Origin: Promethearchaeia archaeon
GTDB taxonomy: Archaea; Asgardarchaeota; Lokiarchaeia; Sigyniarchaeales; SOKP01
Length of the DNA: 64,000 nt
NCBI GenBank assembly: GCA_029856145.1
Contig: JAHQWK010000001.1
Location: 288,001 to 352,000 of the forward strand
Direction of reading: 5' to 3'
Shown here: positions 10,064 to 19,884 of the stretch, in pieces
Layout of the letters: every line of letters starts with the position of its first letter
Numbering within the stretch: position 1 is the stretch's first letter
Notes under the pieces: model-generated
Databases searched by the model: none
What the model was told of the DNA's origin: nothing
Seen by the model: the letters and a program-made list of their open reading frames with translations, nothing else
Translations under genes and position numbers: made by a program

Positions 10064-10678
10064 CTATTTTGTCATTGTCCCCCTAGAAAGAAATGCGGTT
10101 AAATTATTAACAAGCTCCTCCTCTTCCGGTTCAAAATCACTCCGAATCCACCATGTAAAGACTCCAAGTACCGTAGATGTCCAAACTCTAGCTGAGATCT
10201 TAGGGTTTTGAGGTCGGGCTCCAAATTCTAATAACTTTATAATGATTTTTTCTACTTCTTTGGTAAAATTATCAATTATCTTATTTCTCTTCGCTCTATA
10301 TTTTGTGTTAATGCCTCCCATTTGCTCAAAAAAGATAAGAAACGTTTCCTTTTTTGCTTTAAATATTCTTGCATATCCTCGAAAAAGATTCTTAACGGCA
10401 TAGATTGGAGGAATTTTATTATCTTTAAAATAGACAAACAGTTCTTTAAATTTGCTTATCATGAGTTCAGCTATTCCGCTAATTATAACTTCGAATATTT
10501 CTTCTTTACTTTTAAAGTAATTATACAGGTTTCCCACGCTAGTATTAGCCCTTTTTGTTATATCTTTTATTCGGGTATTATTAAATCCTTTTTCTTCAAA
10601 AACAGAGAGAGCTGATATTATAAACAGATTTCTTTTTTCCTTCTTAATTATTTCAGACTTTTTTTTCCTTAGAGACAT
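10064..10678 (-). CDS. TetR/AcrR family transcriptional regulator
   Basis: ALSVFEEKGFNNTRIKDITKRANTSVGNLYNYFKSKEEIF HTH. Confidence 0.93.
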   Translation of the reverse strand: MSLRKKKSEIIKKEKRNLFIISALSVFEEKGFNNTRIKDITKRANTSVGNLYNYFKSKEEIFEVIISGIAELMISKFKELFVYFKDNKIPPIYAVKNLFRGYARIFKAKKETFLIFFEQMGGINTKYRAKRNKIIDNFTKEVEKIIIKLLEFGARPQNPKISARVWTSTVLGVFTWWIRSDFEPEEEELVNNLTAFLSRGTMTK

Positions 10679-10964
10679 TTAGAGTCAACTCAAAAAAAAT
10701 TATTTAAAATTTATCCATCAAACAATTCATTAAAAAAGACTATACATTTTAAGAAAATATGCTAAAATTTATTACTTTTTAATTTTCAAATACCAATAGA
10801 TTTATTAAATTTATTAGAAATCTGGAAGTAAGTAAAGAATTGCTATTTAAGGAGACTAATAAAAACAAATTATGAAAAGCGGGAAAATGATGGGAATTTT
10901 TAAAAAGTGTTATTTTTATATCTTTTCTTTATTATTTCCTTGAATAATAAAGATAACAACTTAA

Positions 10965-10990
10965 TAAATGAACGTTCATTCAGTGAATGA
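10965..10990. promoter_or_regulatory. Palindromic operator candidate (TetR/FadR-box-like)
   Basis: Perfect 14-bp palindrome AATGAACGTTCATT (10967-10980) inside TAAATGA-N4-TCATTCA, overlapping TCATTCA-G-TGAATGA. Confidence 0.55.
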
Positions 10991-11100
10991 GGATTCGGTA
11001 AAAAACAAGAAATTTTCACCATTGCAAGTGTAGGAAAAGATTTATATAGTAAATTATCTTCTCTTTATAAAAGCAATTATTTAATTAATTAAAAAAACAT

Positions 11101-11337
11101 TTGAATAAAACAAAACAAAATAATGGTGATTACTACTCTATGATTGAAATATTGAAATATTTTGGTGAAATTAAATTTGCAGAACATAATAGTCTAGCAA
11201 TTAATGATTTTGAACTTGCCTTAAAGAAATATTTTTCCGGGAAGTCAAAATTACCCCGTGGACGTTATAAATTCGGTGAAATTGACAATTCATCAGTAAA
11301 GGATTTTACAAAATCATTTATGAATTATTTCGAATAA
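11101..11337 (+). CDS. Hypothetical small protein
   Basis: ORF with coding-like composition; start uncertain (ATG at 11140 possible). Confidence 0.4.
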   Translation: MNKTKQNNGDYYSMIEILKYFGEIKFAEHNSLAINDFELALKKYFSGKSKLPRGRYKFGEIDNSSVKDFTKSFMNYFE

Positions 11338-11454
11338 ATAAATTAACGAATTATTGGTTATATATTTTCTAATTTTTATCCTATTTTTATGGTATTGTTC
11401 TTTTTATAATCAAATTTCATTAAATATTAAATAACTTTTTACATTCCAACAACT

Positions 11455-12294
11455 ATGGCAATCCTAAATAAAATAGAAGAAGTGTTTATTGAAACCAATG
11501 GGATAAAACTTCATACTATAATTGTTGGATCTGGAGAACCTTTGATTTTGTTACATGGCTTTCCAGAATTCTGGTATTGTTGGTCAAAAGTAATTCCACT
11601 ACTTAAGGATGATTTCAAATTAATAATCCCGGATATGAGAGGGTATAATTTATCTGACAAACCGAAGGGTGTGGAAAACTATAAAATAGAAATTCTTGTA
11701 GAAGATATTAAAGGATTAAGCGAAAAATTGGGACTAGGAAAGTTTAATCTTGCGGGACATGATTGGGGCGGAGCTGTAGCCTGGATTTTTGCCGAAAAAT
11801 ATCCGGAGCTATTAAATAAGTTGATTATATTAAATTCTCCTCATCATAAAGTTTTCTCTCAAAAATTAAGAACAGATAAAGAACAGCAAAAAGCAAGTTT
11901 CTATATTTTTGAGTTTTATAAACCTAATGGAGAGAAGTTTATAATTGAAAATAACTATGAACAATTGAGAAAATTTGTCTTTACAAAAAACTTTAGTGAT
12001 TTTGATAAGGAAAAATACATTGAAGCGTGGTCTCAACCTGGAGCAATAGAAGGAGAAGTGAATTATTATAGGGCAAATCGTAGTTTCAAAGAATGGACAG
12101 GAATCATTGAAGTTCCTACCTTAGTACTTTGGGGAATGAAAGATTTATTTTTAACTCCTCAATTATTAGATGGATTGTCCGACTATATTAAGGACTTACG
12201 AATAGAAAGGAACGAAGAATCTTCCCATTGGATAACTCATGATGTTCCGGAATTTGTATCTTCTAAAACTCGAGAATTCATTCAAAGTGAATAG
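11455..12294 (+). CDS. Alpha/beta hydrolase, epoxide hydrolase-like
   Basis: HGFPE, GHDWGG nucleophile Asp, NYYRA, C-terminal SHW. Confidence 0.93.
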   Translation: MAILNKIEEVFIETNGIKLHTIIVGSGEPLILLHGFPEFWYCWSKVIPLLKDDFKLIIPDMRGYNLSDKPKGVENYKIEILVEDIKGLSEKLGLGKFNLAGHDWGGAVAWIFAEKYPELLNKLIILNSPHHKVFSQKLRTDKEQQKASFYIFEFYKPNGEKFIIENNYEQLRKFVFTKNFSDFDKEKYIEAWSQPGAIEGEVNYYRANRSFKEWTGIIEVPTLVLWGMKDLFLTPQLLDGLSDYIKDLRIERNEESSHWITHDVPEFVSSKTREFIQSE

Positions 12295-12510
12295 TCTTAA
12301 AGGAAAACTTTTTATTTATACTTTAAATATCTTTTATGCAAGTTCTTCTTAAAATAGTAAAATATCTTGAAATAATATCTTATTTTGAATATTATGGATT
12401 AAAATCAATAAATTTATAAGGCTCATTGATTGGTTATAATATAATAATCTTTGAAAAAAGTTTATTTCTTACCTTGAATTTTATCAATTATAAAAACTAA
12501 CTTTTAAAAG

Positions 12511-12969
12511 ATGGAAGAAGACAACAAACAATTATCTTGGGCTGCAAAACTCGATTGGTTAAATATATTATCAATGCTAAATCTTGAGAGTATAAGTCAG
12601 ATTCCAAAATTCAAAAAGGAGAAGGCACTTAAAAGGATTACTAAGTTCTATAGTCCAGAAGCACTTTTAGAATTTGAACCAGACTATTTAGATAAGCTTG
12701 TAGTAAATGAATTACAGGAATTAATGAAAAAAGAATTACTTTTGAATGAAAGAAAACAAGAGAGAATGGAGAAAGAACTTCGCGATAAAATAATACCATT
12801 AAAAAGTGGTGGTATCATAAAAATAGATCCTCGAGATCTCAAAGATTTTAAGGGTAATCCAGAGGATATGTTAAAATATTTTTATAAGAAATTTCTCGGA
12901 AAAGATGACGATGACAAAGATGATGACAATGATAATTACAAGGAAGACAATACTCACTACTATATTTAA
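12511..12969 (+). CDS. Hypothetical protein with Asp-rich tail
   Basis: 152-aa ORF, helical, DDDDKDDDNDN tail. Confidence 0.75.
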   Translation: MEEDNKQLSWAAKLDWLNILSMLNLESISQIPKFKKEKALKRITKFYSPEALLEFEPDYLDKLVVNELQELMKKELLLNERKQERMEKELRDKIIPLKSGGIIKIDPRDLKDFKGNPEDMLKYFYKKFLGKDDDDKDDDNDNYKEDNTHYYI

Positions 12970-13049
12970 AATATTGTTTTAGATTTAACTCCTTACTTTA
13001 TATTGAATGTATAAAACTACTTATCATAAGGAATATGATCTTCGATTTT

Positions 13050-14663
13050 TTAAATGATTTTAGTTTTTAAAAACCGTAAATTTGTCTTTTTAACTTTTCG
13101 GTATATTAAAAATATTATAATATATCCCATAGTTGACCAAAGTATCCAAGATAAAGCTTGATAAGCATTTATATTTAAAATATAATTAATAAAATCCTCT
13201 AAAACGTAAAATCCAAAATCATTCAAATCACCTGGGAAATCTACTACTTTGGGATTAAGAACAATAGCAATTACTTGATGAGTATTTTTATTTAATGTTT
13301 CAAAAATATTTGTTATGGTTAAATTTGTTGGATCATCCAGCCTCATTTTAATGAAAGTATTTAAATCTTCATTTGTATGGATATCCGATCCTCCTATACA
13401 TGTTAGATTATTATCAAGACAAAACTGTCGTATTTGTAAATATTTCCCCAAATAACTTCCTCCGTTAACAATCTCAAATCCATCAACACCCCAATCTCTT
13501 AATTGAGTCAATGTATATGGAGCACCAAAACCACTTTTGGGATTAGGTTCATAATTATAATGATTGACCGTAATATATCCTCCATTTGCTTTTACATAGC
13601 TTATTGTATCTGAGGCGTTCAAGGCTATAGGTCCACCTGGAGTGTATGATTGAAGGGGTACAATTTCTTCAGCAAGGCCAAAATAATTCATATGGAGTTT
13701 AGGTTTTATTGCGTTATTAGTCCATTCTTCCGCTATTAGAACCACAAAATCTAAATTATTATCCTCAACATATTTTAGAGCCATTGTAGCACCTCTAATA
13801 TTGTCATGATCAGAAAAAGCAGCACCCGAAATTCCTTGCTTTATATACCAGTCAATTCTTTCTTCAACAGTTAACCAACCATCGCTAAAGGTAGTGTGAA
13901 CGTGGAAATCGAATAAAAACTCGTCATCTTCGAGTGGTATTGCCGGGATTATTTCATGAGTGGGAAAAGGAGTAGATATAAGCACAATATTGGCACTGAG
14001 TAGTATCACACCGATTCCAATATAATACACAGTTTCTCGCTTTATAGCTTGTTTTTTTGACTTTCTTTTTGGTTTTCGGTTTAATAATTTCCTAGATAAG
14101 TTAAGCGACAGTTTTGGATGAAAAAATTTGAGAATAGTGTACCCAATCTTGATGAAAATGAGAATCATACTTAAATGAACCGCTATTTGAACTGGTACCA
14201 TAAAATATCTACTCACAAAAAAATAGCCTTGAGCAATAAATCCAACAAGGATATAAATCCCAACTGTCAAAATAGAAAGACTCAACACTTTAAAAGAAAA
14301 ATAAATGATATCTGCTATTGGGTAAGTAATATATCTATATTTATCTGAACTAAACATCCCCCTTTTCTTTAAATACAAATAGATTCCTCTTAGAATTGGA
14401 TAAAATATTAAGAAAAGAAACATCCATGTGAATTCCATTTCTAAAATGTAAGCAAGTACATAAAAAGGCTCGACAAAATATCTCAGTAACGACAATTTAC
14501 TTGAGTATTCTGATGAAACATCAACTTGTCCAAGAGCATCATAGAATATTACCGTTCTTTGTCCAAAAATAGATAAAATTACAAGGAAAACAAGCCACAT
14601 TAGGAAAGCAATAGAAAGAATCGTGAAAAATTTATTTTTTTTTATTAAAGATTGAATCTTCAT
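13050..14663 (-). CDS. Membrane-bound PHP-domain phosphoesterase
   Basis: About 5 N-terminal TMs and 1 C-terminal TM; DFHVHTTFSDG, SDHD, NH and GGSDIH motifs. Confidence 0.87.
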   Translation of the reverse strand: MKIQSLIKKNKFFTILSIAFLMWLVFLVILSIFGQRTVIFYDALGQVDVSSEYSSKLSLLRYFVEPFYVLAYILEMEFTWMFLFLIFYPILRGIYLYLKKRGMFSSDKYRYITYPIADIIYFSFKVLSLSILTVGIYILVGFIAQGYFFVSRYFMVPVQIAVHLSMILIFIKIGYTILKFFHPKLSLNLSRKLLNRKPKRKSKKQAIKRETVYYIGIGVILLSANIVLISTPFPTHEIIPAIPLEDDEFLFDFHVHTTFSDGWLTVEERIDWYIKQGISGAAFSDHDNIRGATMALKYVEDNNLDFVVLIAEEWTNNAIKPKLHMNYFGLAEEIVPLQSYTPGGPIALNASDTISYVKANGGYITVNHYNYEPNPKSGFGAPYTLTQLRDWGVDGFEIVNGGSYLGKYLQIRQFCLDNNLTCIGGSDIHTNEDLNTFIKMRLDDPTNLTITNIFETLNKNTHQVIAIVLNPKVVDFPGDLNDFGFYVLEDFINYILNINAYQALSWILWSTMGYIIIFLIYRKVKKTNLRFLKTKII

Positions 14664-14732
14664 AATAGGTATTTTAATTGAATTTACTAATAAACTTTTT
14701 AAAAAAAGTAATTATAATCCAATCAAAAATTT

Positions 14733-15923
14733 TTAGGTTAATATATAATTATCTAAAGTTTTAAGTGATTTCACAAATTTTTGATAAATTCTGACATCTA
14801 CAATAGGCAATATTTCACAAATCTTTATTCTTAGGTCTTTTTCGTTAATTCGACATAATTTTGAGGGCTCTATCCCTTTTAAGATCAAGTATAATATTGG
14901 CATTTGAGGAGTAGATGGATGAAAATCATAATTTAGATATCTTACTGAGGATTTTAATTTATCAATTATGAATTTTTCAATTTCATGCTTATTTCTCATT
15001 TCAAAATTGATATAAATTGTTTCCCATAAATATTTTCGGTTTACTAATTGAATTATTTCGACTTTTTTTACAAATCTATCAAACCTTCTTGAAATTTCTA
15101 CTAAAAAAACACCTCGTTTATAGGAATTATCCATTGAACATACAGCTTCTGAAGAACCCGGGTTATAGATCCAATCTTCTAGTATAAATTGTTTATGAAA
15201 ATGACCTAAAGCTAAATAATCTATTCGATGTCGTAGGGGTTGAATATATTCTAATTTAATACCTGGAACATTATCCATCTGACCTTCAATGCCAAAATGC
15301 TGCAAAAGAATGTTAAATAGTTCACTTTTTTTAATTATCGCCTTTCTTATATTTGAAAGAAAAGAAATTGGTTGTTCCCCAAGGTAACGAGTACCATAAA
15401 TCACTATATTTTTGATTTGTATTTTTCCACCTTTATTAATATCAAAATTATAGGGTTCGAAGATTTCTTCTTGGGGTGCTTCTAAATCAGCATCAAGGAG
15501 GATTATCAATCCTAAGCTATTTAAAAGTTTTAACCATGACTGACCTCGTCGTTCGAATCTGATTCCCCTTGAAAATTTTCGGATATCATGATTACCCTCT
15601 ATTGCTATAATTAGAATTGATCCATTTGTAAATTCTTTGAAATCTCTCAATATGTCAACAATTTTAGTTAGATTTCCAGGGAGCATTTCTAGAGAGGTAA
15701 ATACATCACCACCCAGTATAATAAAATTAACATAATGCTTAATTGCTAATTCCAATATTTCTTGAAATGCTCGAATAAAATCATCTGACCGGAATTCATT
15801 TCTATACTGATGACTTCCCAAATGGATATCGCTTGCATGAATGAATCGGGTAACAATTTGAGTATTAGTAGATTTATTATGAAAATTCTCAAATTTAGCT
15901 TTAAATTGATTATTTGAAATCAT
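14733..15923 (-). CDS. Mre11/SbcD-like metallophosphoesterase nuclease
   Basis: SDIHLG, GGDVF, GNHD, LLQH, ALGHFH, YNPGS. Confidence 0.87.
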   Translation of the reverse strand: MISNNQFKAKFENFHNKSTNTQIVTRFIHASDIHLGSHQYRNEFRSDDFIRAFQEILELAIKHYVNFIILGGDVFTSLEMLPGNLTKIVDILRDFKEFTNGSILIIAIEGNHDIRKFSRGIRFERRGQSWLKLLNSLGLIILLDADLEAPQEEIFEPYNFDINKGGKIQIKNIVIYGTRYLGEQPISFLSNIRKAIIKKSELFNILLQHFGIEGQMDNVPGIKLEYIQPLRHRIDYLALGHFHKQFILEDWIYNPGSSEAVCSMDNSYKRGVFLVEISRRFDRFVKKVEIIQLVNRKYLWETIYINFEMRNKHEIEKFIIDKLKSSVRYLNYDFHPSTPQMPILYLILKGIEPSKLCRINEKDLRIKICEILPIVDVRIYQKFVKSLKTLDNYILT

Positions 15924-16075
15924 TTGTTTATAATATTAGATTTAAAATCGAAATAATATGTTATTTATTTTATTCAAATTTTTAAATGATAAAAGCCTGA
16001 AGATGTAGTGAAAAAAACACAATCTGATAAAATTAGTTAAAAATTTAATTATGTGAAAATAAACCTACTATAATA

Positions 16076-16645
16076 ATGCTAGAGAAAAATGTTAAATATG
16101 AACAAGGGGTAATTCATGGTAGATTCCAAGTATTGCATAATGATCATATCAAATATCTCTTAGCAGGTAAACAATTATGCAGGCATCTCGTAGTAGGTAT
16201 TACTAATCCTGATCCTTCCTTGACAAGAGATTCAGAAGCAAATCCCCATAGAAGCTCTCCAATAGCTAATCCATTAACTTACTACGAACGCTATTTAATG
16301 GTACAAGCAGCACTATTAGAGCAAGGCTTAAAATATTCGGAATTTTCTATTGTTCCTTTCCCTATCAACGTTCCAGAATTACTTAAATATTACATTCCGA
16401 TAGATGCTGTTTTCTTTCTAACAATTTATGATGACTGGGGTAGACAAAAAAAACAATATTTTGAATCTTTAGGATTAAAAATTCATGTCTTATGGGAAGT
16501 AACACTCGAGAATAAAGGACTTAGCTCAAATGATATTCGTGAAGATATGATTAAGGATAAACAATGGGAACAGTATGTACCTATAAGTGTGGCAAAACTC
16601 ATGAAAGATTGGGATATTATTAAGAGAATTAAAAAATTCAGTTGA
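16076..16645 (+). CDS. Nicotinamide/nicotinate-nucleotide adenylyltransferase (NadM-like)
   Basis: HGRFQVLHNDH (HxxH), NPLTYYER, SSNDIR...WEQYVP. Confidence 0.8.
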   Translation: MLEKNVKYEQGVIHGRFQVLHNDHIKYLLAGKQLCRHLVVGITNPDPSLTRDSEANPHRSSPIANPLTYYERYLMVQAALLEQGLKYSEFSIVPFPINVPELLKYYIPIDAVFFLTIYDDWGRQKKQYFESLGLKIHVLWEVTLENKGLSSNDIREDMIKDKQWEQYVPISVAKLMKDWDIIKRIKKFS

Positions 16646-16752
16646 GAAAATTGGAGAAAAAAAAACTATGAACTTTCGGCATATTTTAAGGCCAAATATA
16701 GGTAATAACAAATAATTATTAATATAACTCTGACTATATAACTATTTAATTA

Positions 16753-17520
16753 TTGGTTTTTGGTGGATACATAATCACTTTATTTATAATTAATCTTGAT
16801 AGAATTCTTGTAATTTACTTAACTCAAGGAATATTGGTAATCTTTTTTTCATTGCTAGCGTATCGAATATTAAAAAGAAAAAGACAACGATTAAACCTAA
16901 TTTTCAGTCTATTCTTTATATGTACAATTATCGGCACTATTTTTAATATGATTTATGCTCCTTTAGATCCAATACAACATGAACCAATTATCAAAATTCT
17001 TAATTTTTTCGCTAATTTCTTTGTTTTTTTTGCTCCAATCTTTATGGTCATTGTTAATTTTATTATATTAGAATCAACTCTAATATTCTCGGTAAAAAGG
17101 CAAAACAGGTATATTTTCTTTTATGGATTTTTAATTTTCTCCGGAATGTTAATATTAATCTTAATACCAGATCCACTAAACATTTTAGGAGTTGCAATTA
17201 CAGATGAGGGAAGACCAGAATGGGGTATAGTTTTTTTCATTTACATGGTTTCAATGCTTACGGGTTTTACATTCATCCCTATCTTTCGCACATCTTTAAA
17301 GATATACAATAGTTTAGAAACAAAAGAATTAAAGAAGAAATGGGTATACTATTTTATTGGTACTTTAGGAGTATTTAGTTGGGGTTATTTTATTTTTATA
17401 ACGAATTACTTTGGACATTATTTCGCCATCTTAAGGTCAATTTCATCAATATATGGAATTTCAATTATTATCTGGGTCTGTTTGATGTATTATGGAATTG
17501 GGTTTAAGTTAAAAAATTAA
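16753..17520 (+). CDS. Stand-alone 7TM receptor-like membrane protein (copy 1)
   Basis: Seven hydrophobic segments with basic loops after TM1, TM3 and TM5; paralog of 18963..19724. Confidence 0.8.
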   Translation: MVFGGYIITLFIINLDRILVIYLTQGILVIFFSLLAYRILKRKRQRLNLIFSLFFICTIIGTIFNMIYAPLDPIQHEPIIKILNFFANFFVFFAPIFMVIVNFIILESTLIFSVKRQNRYIFFYGFLIFSGMLILILIPDPLNILGVAITDEGRPEWGIVFFIYMVSMLTGFTFIPIFRTSLKIYNSLETKELKKKWVYYFIGTLGVFSWGYFIFITNYFGHYFAILRSISSIYGISIIIWVCLMYYGIGFKLKN

Positions 17521-17612
17521 TCGGATTCTATACAAGCTTGTCTTTTTGATATCAATAGTTTGCTTTTTAAATTCAGTTATTCTGAATATAAAATTTACTG
17601 ATAAGATTTCTA

Positions 17613-17649
17613 TTTTTTCACGGGACAAATTAGAAAAATATTAAATATG
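17613..17649 (+). promoter_or_regulatory. Conserved operator plus BRE/TATA-like element upstream of GNAT copy 1
   Basis: TTTTTTCACGGGACAAAT-TAGAAAAATATTAAATATG aligns ungapped with 19800..19836. Confidence 0.55.
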
Positions 17650-17695
17650 AAAAGAATTAAACAATAAATGAAAAACTGCTAACAATAGGGAAATT

Positions 17696-18799
17696 ATGCA
17701 AACAACTAGTGAAAATTATTTATTAGACCAAGAAAAACATACTTATTTTCATAGATTTATTGCAAAAAATGGAGAAGAATTTGGATTAAGATTTGGAACT
17801 CCTCGTGATGCAAAAGCTCTTTCTATGATTTTTAAAGAGGTATATGGCTATAAATATGCGTATCCTATCGTTTATGATATAAATCATCTAAAAAGGGAAC
17901 TATCAAACAAAAATAAATTTTGGATTGTAGGTGAATTAACAAATAATCATGAAATTGCTGGTTTTGGATTAATAGAAAAAAAAAGATATATTGCTCATGC
18001 TAGCCAAGCTGTTGCAAAGAAAAAATTTCATGGTTTAGGAATTTTAGCAAAACTTGGTGCGGCCGGTGTGATATATGTTATAAAGATGCCTCAATTCAAA
18101 GATGTGCTAAGACTTGATGGAGAAACTCGAGGATTGAAAATTGGCGCACAAAATCTTATTCGAAATGCAGGGGCGTTTCCTTATGGGTTAATTCCTGCAT
18201 ACATTAATTATGGAGACAAGAGGAAATTTAAAATTGATGAAACGACACCAGTCCCACCACTAAAAGAAGAAGCTGCGTTTCTTTATTCAATTATATTTAA
18301 TAAATTATGGCGTAAAAGAGATAAAAACGTCTATTTATTAAATAATGGGGATTTCATCTTTTTTTATAATTACGTTAAAAAAATGTCTAATAAAATGAAA
18401 AAAGACCGTCTGAATTTAGAAAGGGGTAAGAAAGATAAAGGGTATGAACTTTATGGGTTTTCCAAGGATCTCTATGAAGGGAGAGTGAGTTTGTATGGAT
18501 ATATTAAAGAAAAATCATTGAATAATTTGCTTAAAACTTATCACAATTGGAGAATTTTAGTATGGAGAATCCCTACCACTCAAAATGGGATACATTCAAT
18601 GTCCCTTGCTCTTGAAAAAGGATTTAATATAGTTGGATATGATATAGGTTTTAATAATATAAATTGGACTTTATTTGATTCAGTTATACTCGCATACTAT
18701 CCCAACGGGGGCTCTCACGTTTTAAAAGTAAAATGTATGGATGAGAATAGACCTCTTCTTAATAAGATTAGAGAAATATTTTTTTCTCGTGTCAATTGA
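17696..18799 (+). CDS. GNAT-fold acyltransferase, long form (copy 1)
   Basis: DA...FKEVYGYKYAY, AHASQAVAKKKFHGLG (motif A); paralog of 19885..20982. Confidence 0.78.
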   Translation: MQTTSENYLLDQEKHTYFHRFIAKNGEEFGLRFGTPRDAKALSMIFKEVYGYKYAYPIVYDINHLKRELSNKNKFWIVGELTNNHEIAGFGLIEKKRYIAHASQAVAKKKFHGLGILAKLGAAGVIYVIKMPQFKDVLRLDGETRGLKIGAQNLIRNAGAFPYGLIPAYINYGDKRKFKIDETTPVPPLKEEAAFLYSIIFNKLWRKRDKNVYLLNNGDFIFFYNYVKKMSNKMKKDRLNLERGKKDKGYELYGFSKDLYEGRVSLYGYIKEKSLNNLLKTYHNWRILVWRIPTTQNGIHSMSLALEKGFNIVGYDIGFNNINWTLFDSVILAYYPNGGSHVLKVKCMDENRPLLNKIREIFFSRVN

Positions 18800-18962
18800 T
18801 TACGCCTTTAATTTACTTAATCATTAAAATTTCTGTTATATATAATTATAGCGATTTTTTGAATTAAAATTTGGTTAAATATTTGTTATTAAAGCGATTA
18901 GAATATAGTTATATATTTATGAGCAAATATTATACTACCTATAAAAATTAATAATAATCTTA

Positions 18963-19724
18963 TTGGTGGAAAAAACGTCATATCAAGCTGAAATACCGAG
19001 AATTATAATGGTTTATGTGTTTTTGGGAATTTTAGTACTCTATTTTTCAATAATTACTTATAAAGTTTTAAAGAGAAAAAGGCAACGTTTAAATTTTGTT
19101 ATTAGTGGTTTTTTTGTCAGTATATCCATTGGGTTTATTTTAAATATGGCATATGCAGCCATGACTGATAGAATAACTATTCTAATTCTTAATTTCTTAA
19201 CTAATTACTTCATATTTTTTGGACCAGTCTTTCTACTTATTGTAAATATGATAATATTAGAATCAACTCTTATTTATTCTGTAAAAAGACAAAATAGGTA
19301 TATATTATTTTATGGAATCTTGCTCTTCGCAGGGATGTTAATATTAGTCTTATTAGGAGAAATATTTGATACTCCTAATGTACCATTTTTAGGAGTCCAA
19401 ATAATTAATAACGCACCAAAATGGGGGCCTTTATTTTTTGCCTATGTAGTTTCAATTATGTCTATTTTTACACTTATTCCAATAAATTATACAAATTTTA
19501 AAATCTACTTCCAGTTTGAAACAAAGGCATTGAAAAGAAAGTGGTTTTTCTATTTATTTGGCTTTTTAGGATTAACAGTGATTTTATATTTTAGTATTAT
19601 ATTTAATCTTTTGGATGCTATTATTTATGCTGATGTTAGATTAATAATAACTCTATCAATAAGTAGTGTAATAATCTGGGGTTATATGATGTATTATGGG
19701 ATTGGAATTGAATTAAAGAAGTAA
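18963..19724 (+). CDS. Stand-alone 7TM receptor-like membrane protein (copy 2)
   Basis: Seven TMs; shares LKRKRQRLN, IILESTLIxSVKRQNRYI and MYYGIG with copy 1. Confidence 0.8.
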   Translation: MVEKTSYQAEIPRIIMVYVFLGILVLYFSIITYKVLKRKRQRLNFVISGFFVSISIGFILNMAYAAMTDRITILILNFLTNYFIFFGPVFLLIVNMIILESTLIYSVKRQNRYILFYGILLFAGMLILVLLGEIFDTPNVPFLGVQIINNAPKWGPLFFAYVVSIMSIFTLIPINYTNFKIYFQFETKALKRKWFFYLFGFLGLTVILYFSIIFNLLDAIIYADVRLIITLSISSVIIWGYMMYYGIGIELKK

Positions 19725-19799
19725 TGCCTTAACCTTTTTTCTTGAATTTAATAATTCGCGTTATTTTTCAGAATCTTTATTCTGTAACTTATTTTTAAT

Positions 19800-19836
19800 T
19801 TTTTTCACGTGAAAAAATAGAAAATTTTATATTATG
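19800..19836 (+). promoter_or_regulatory. Perfect 18-bp palindrome plus BRE/TATA-like element upstream of GNAT copy 2
   Basis: TTTTTTCACGTGAAAAAA followed by TAGAAAATTTTATATTATG. Confidence 0.6.
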
Positions 19837-19884
19837 CTCCGAGAAGAATTAATTAACTAGTTAAAAATAGATCGGGATATTAGG

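Noticed and set aside
12900-12950. GATGAC-type repeats
   Set aside because: Explained by the Asp-rich protein tail.
6371-16645. pncB and NadM-like genes as an NAD-related defence or anti-defence module
   Set aside because: They are 8 kb apart with unrelated genes between them; ordinary NAD salvage is sufficient.
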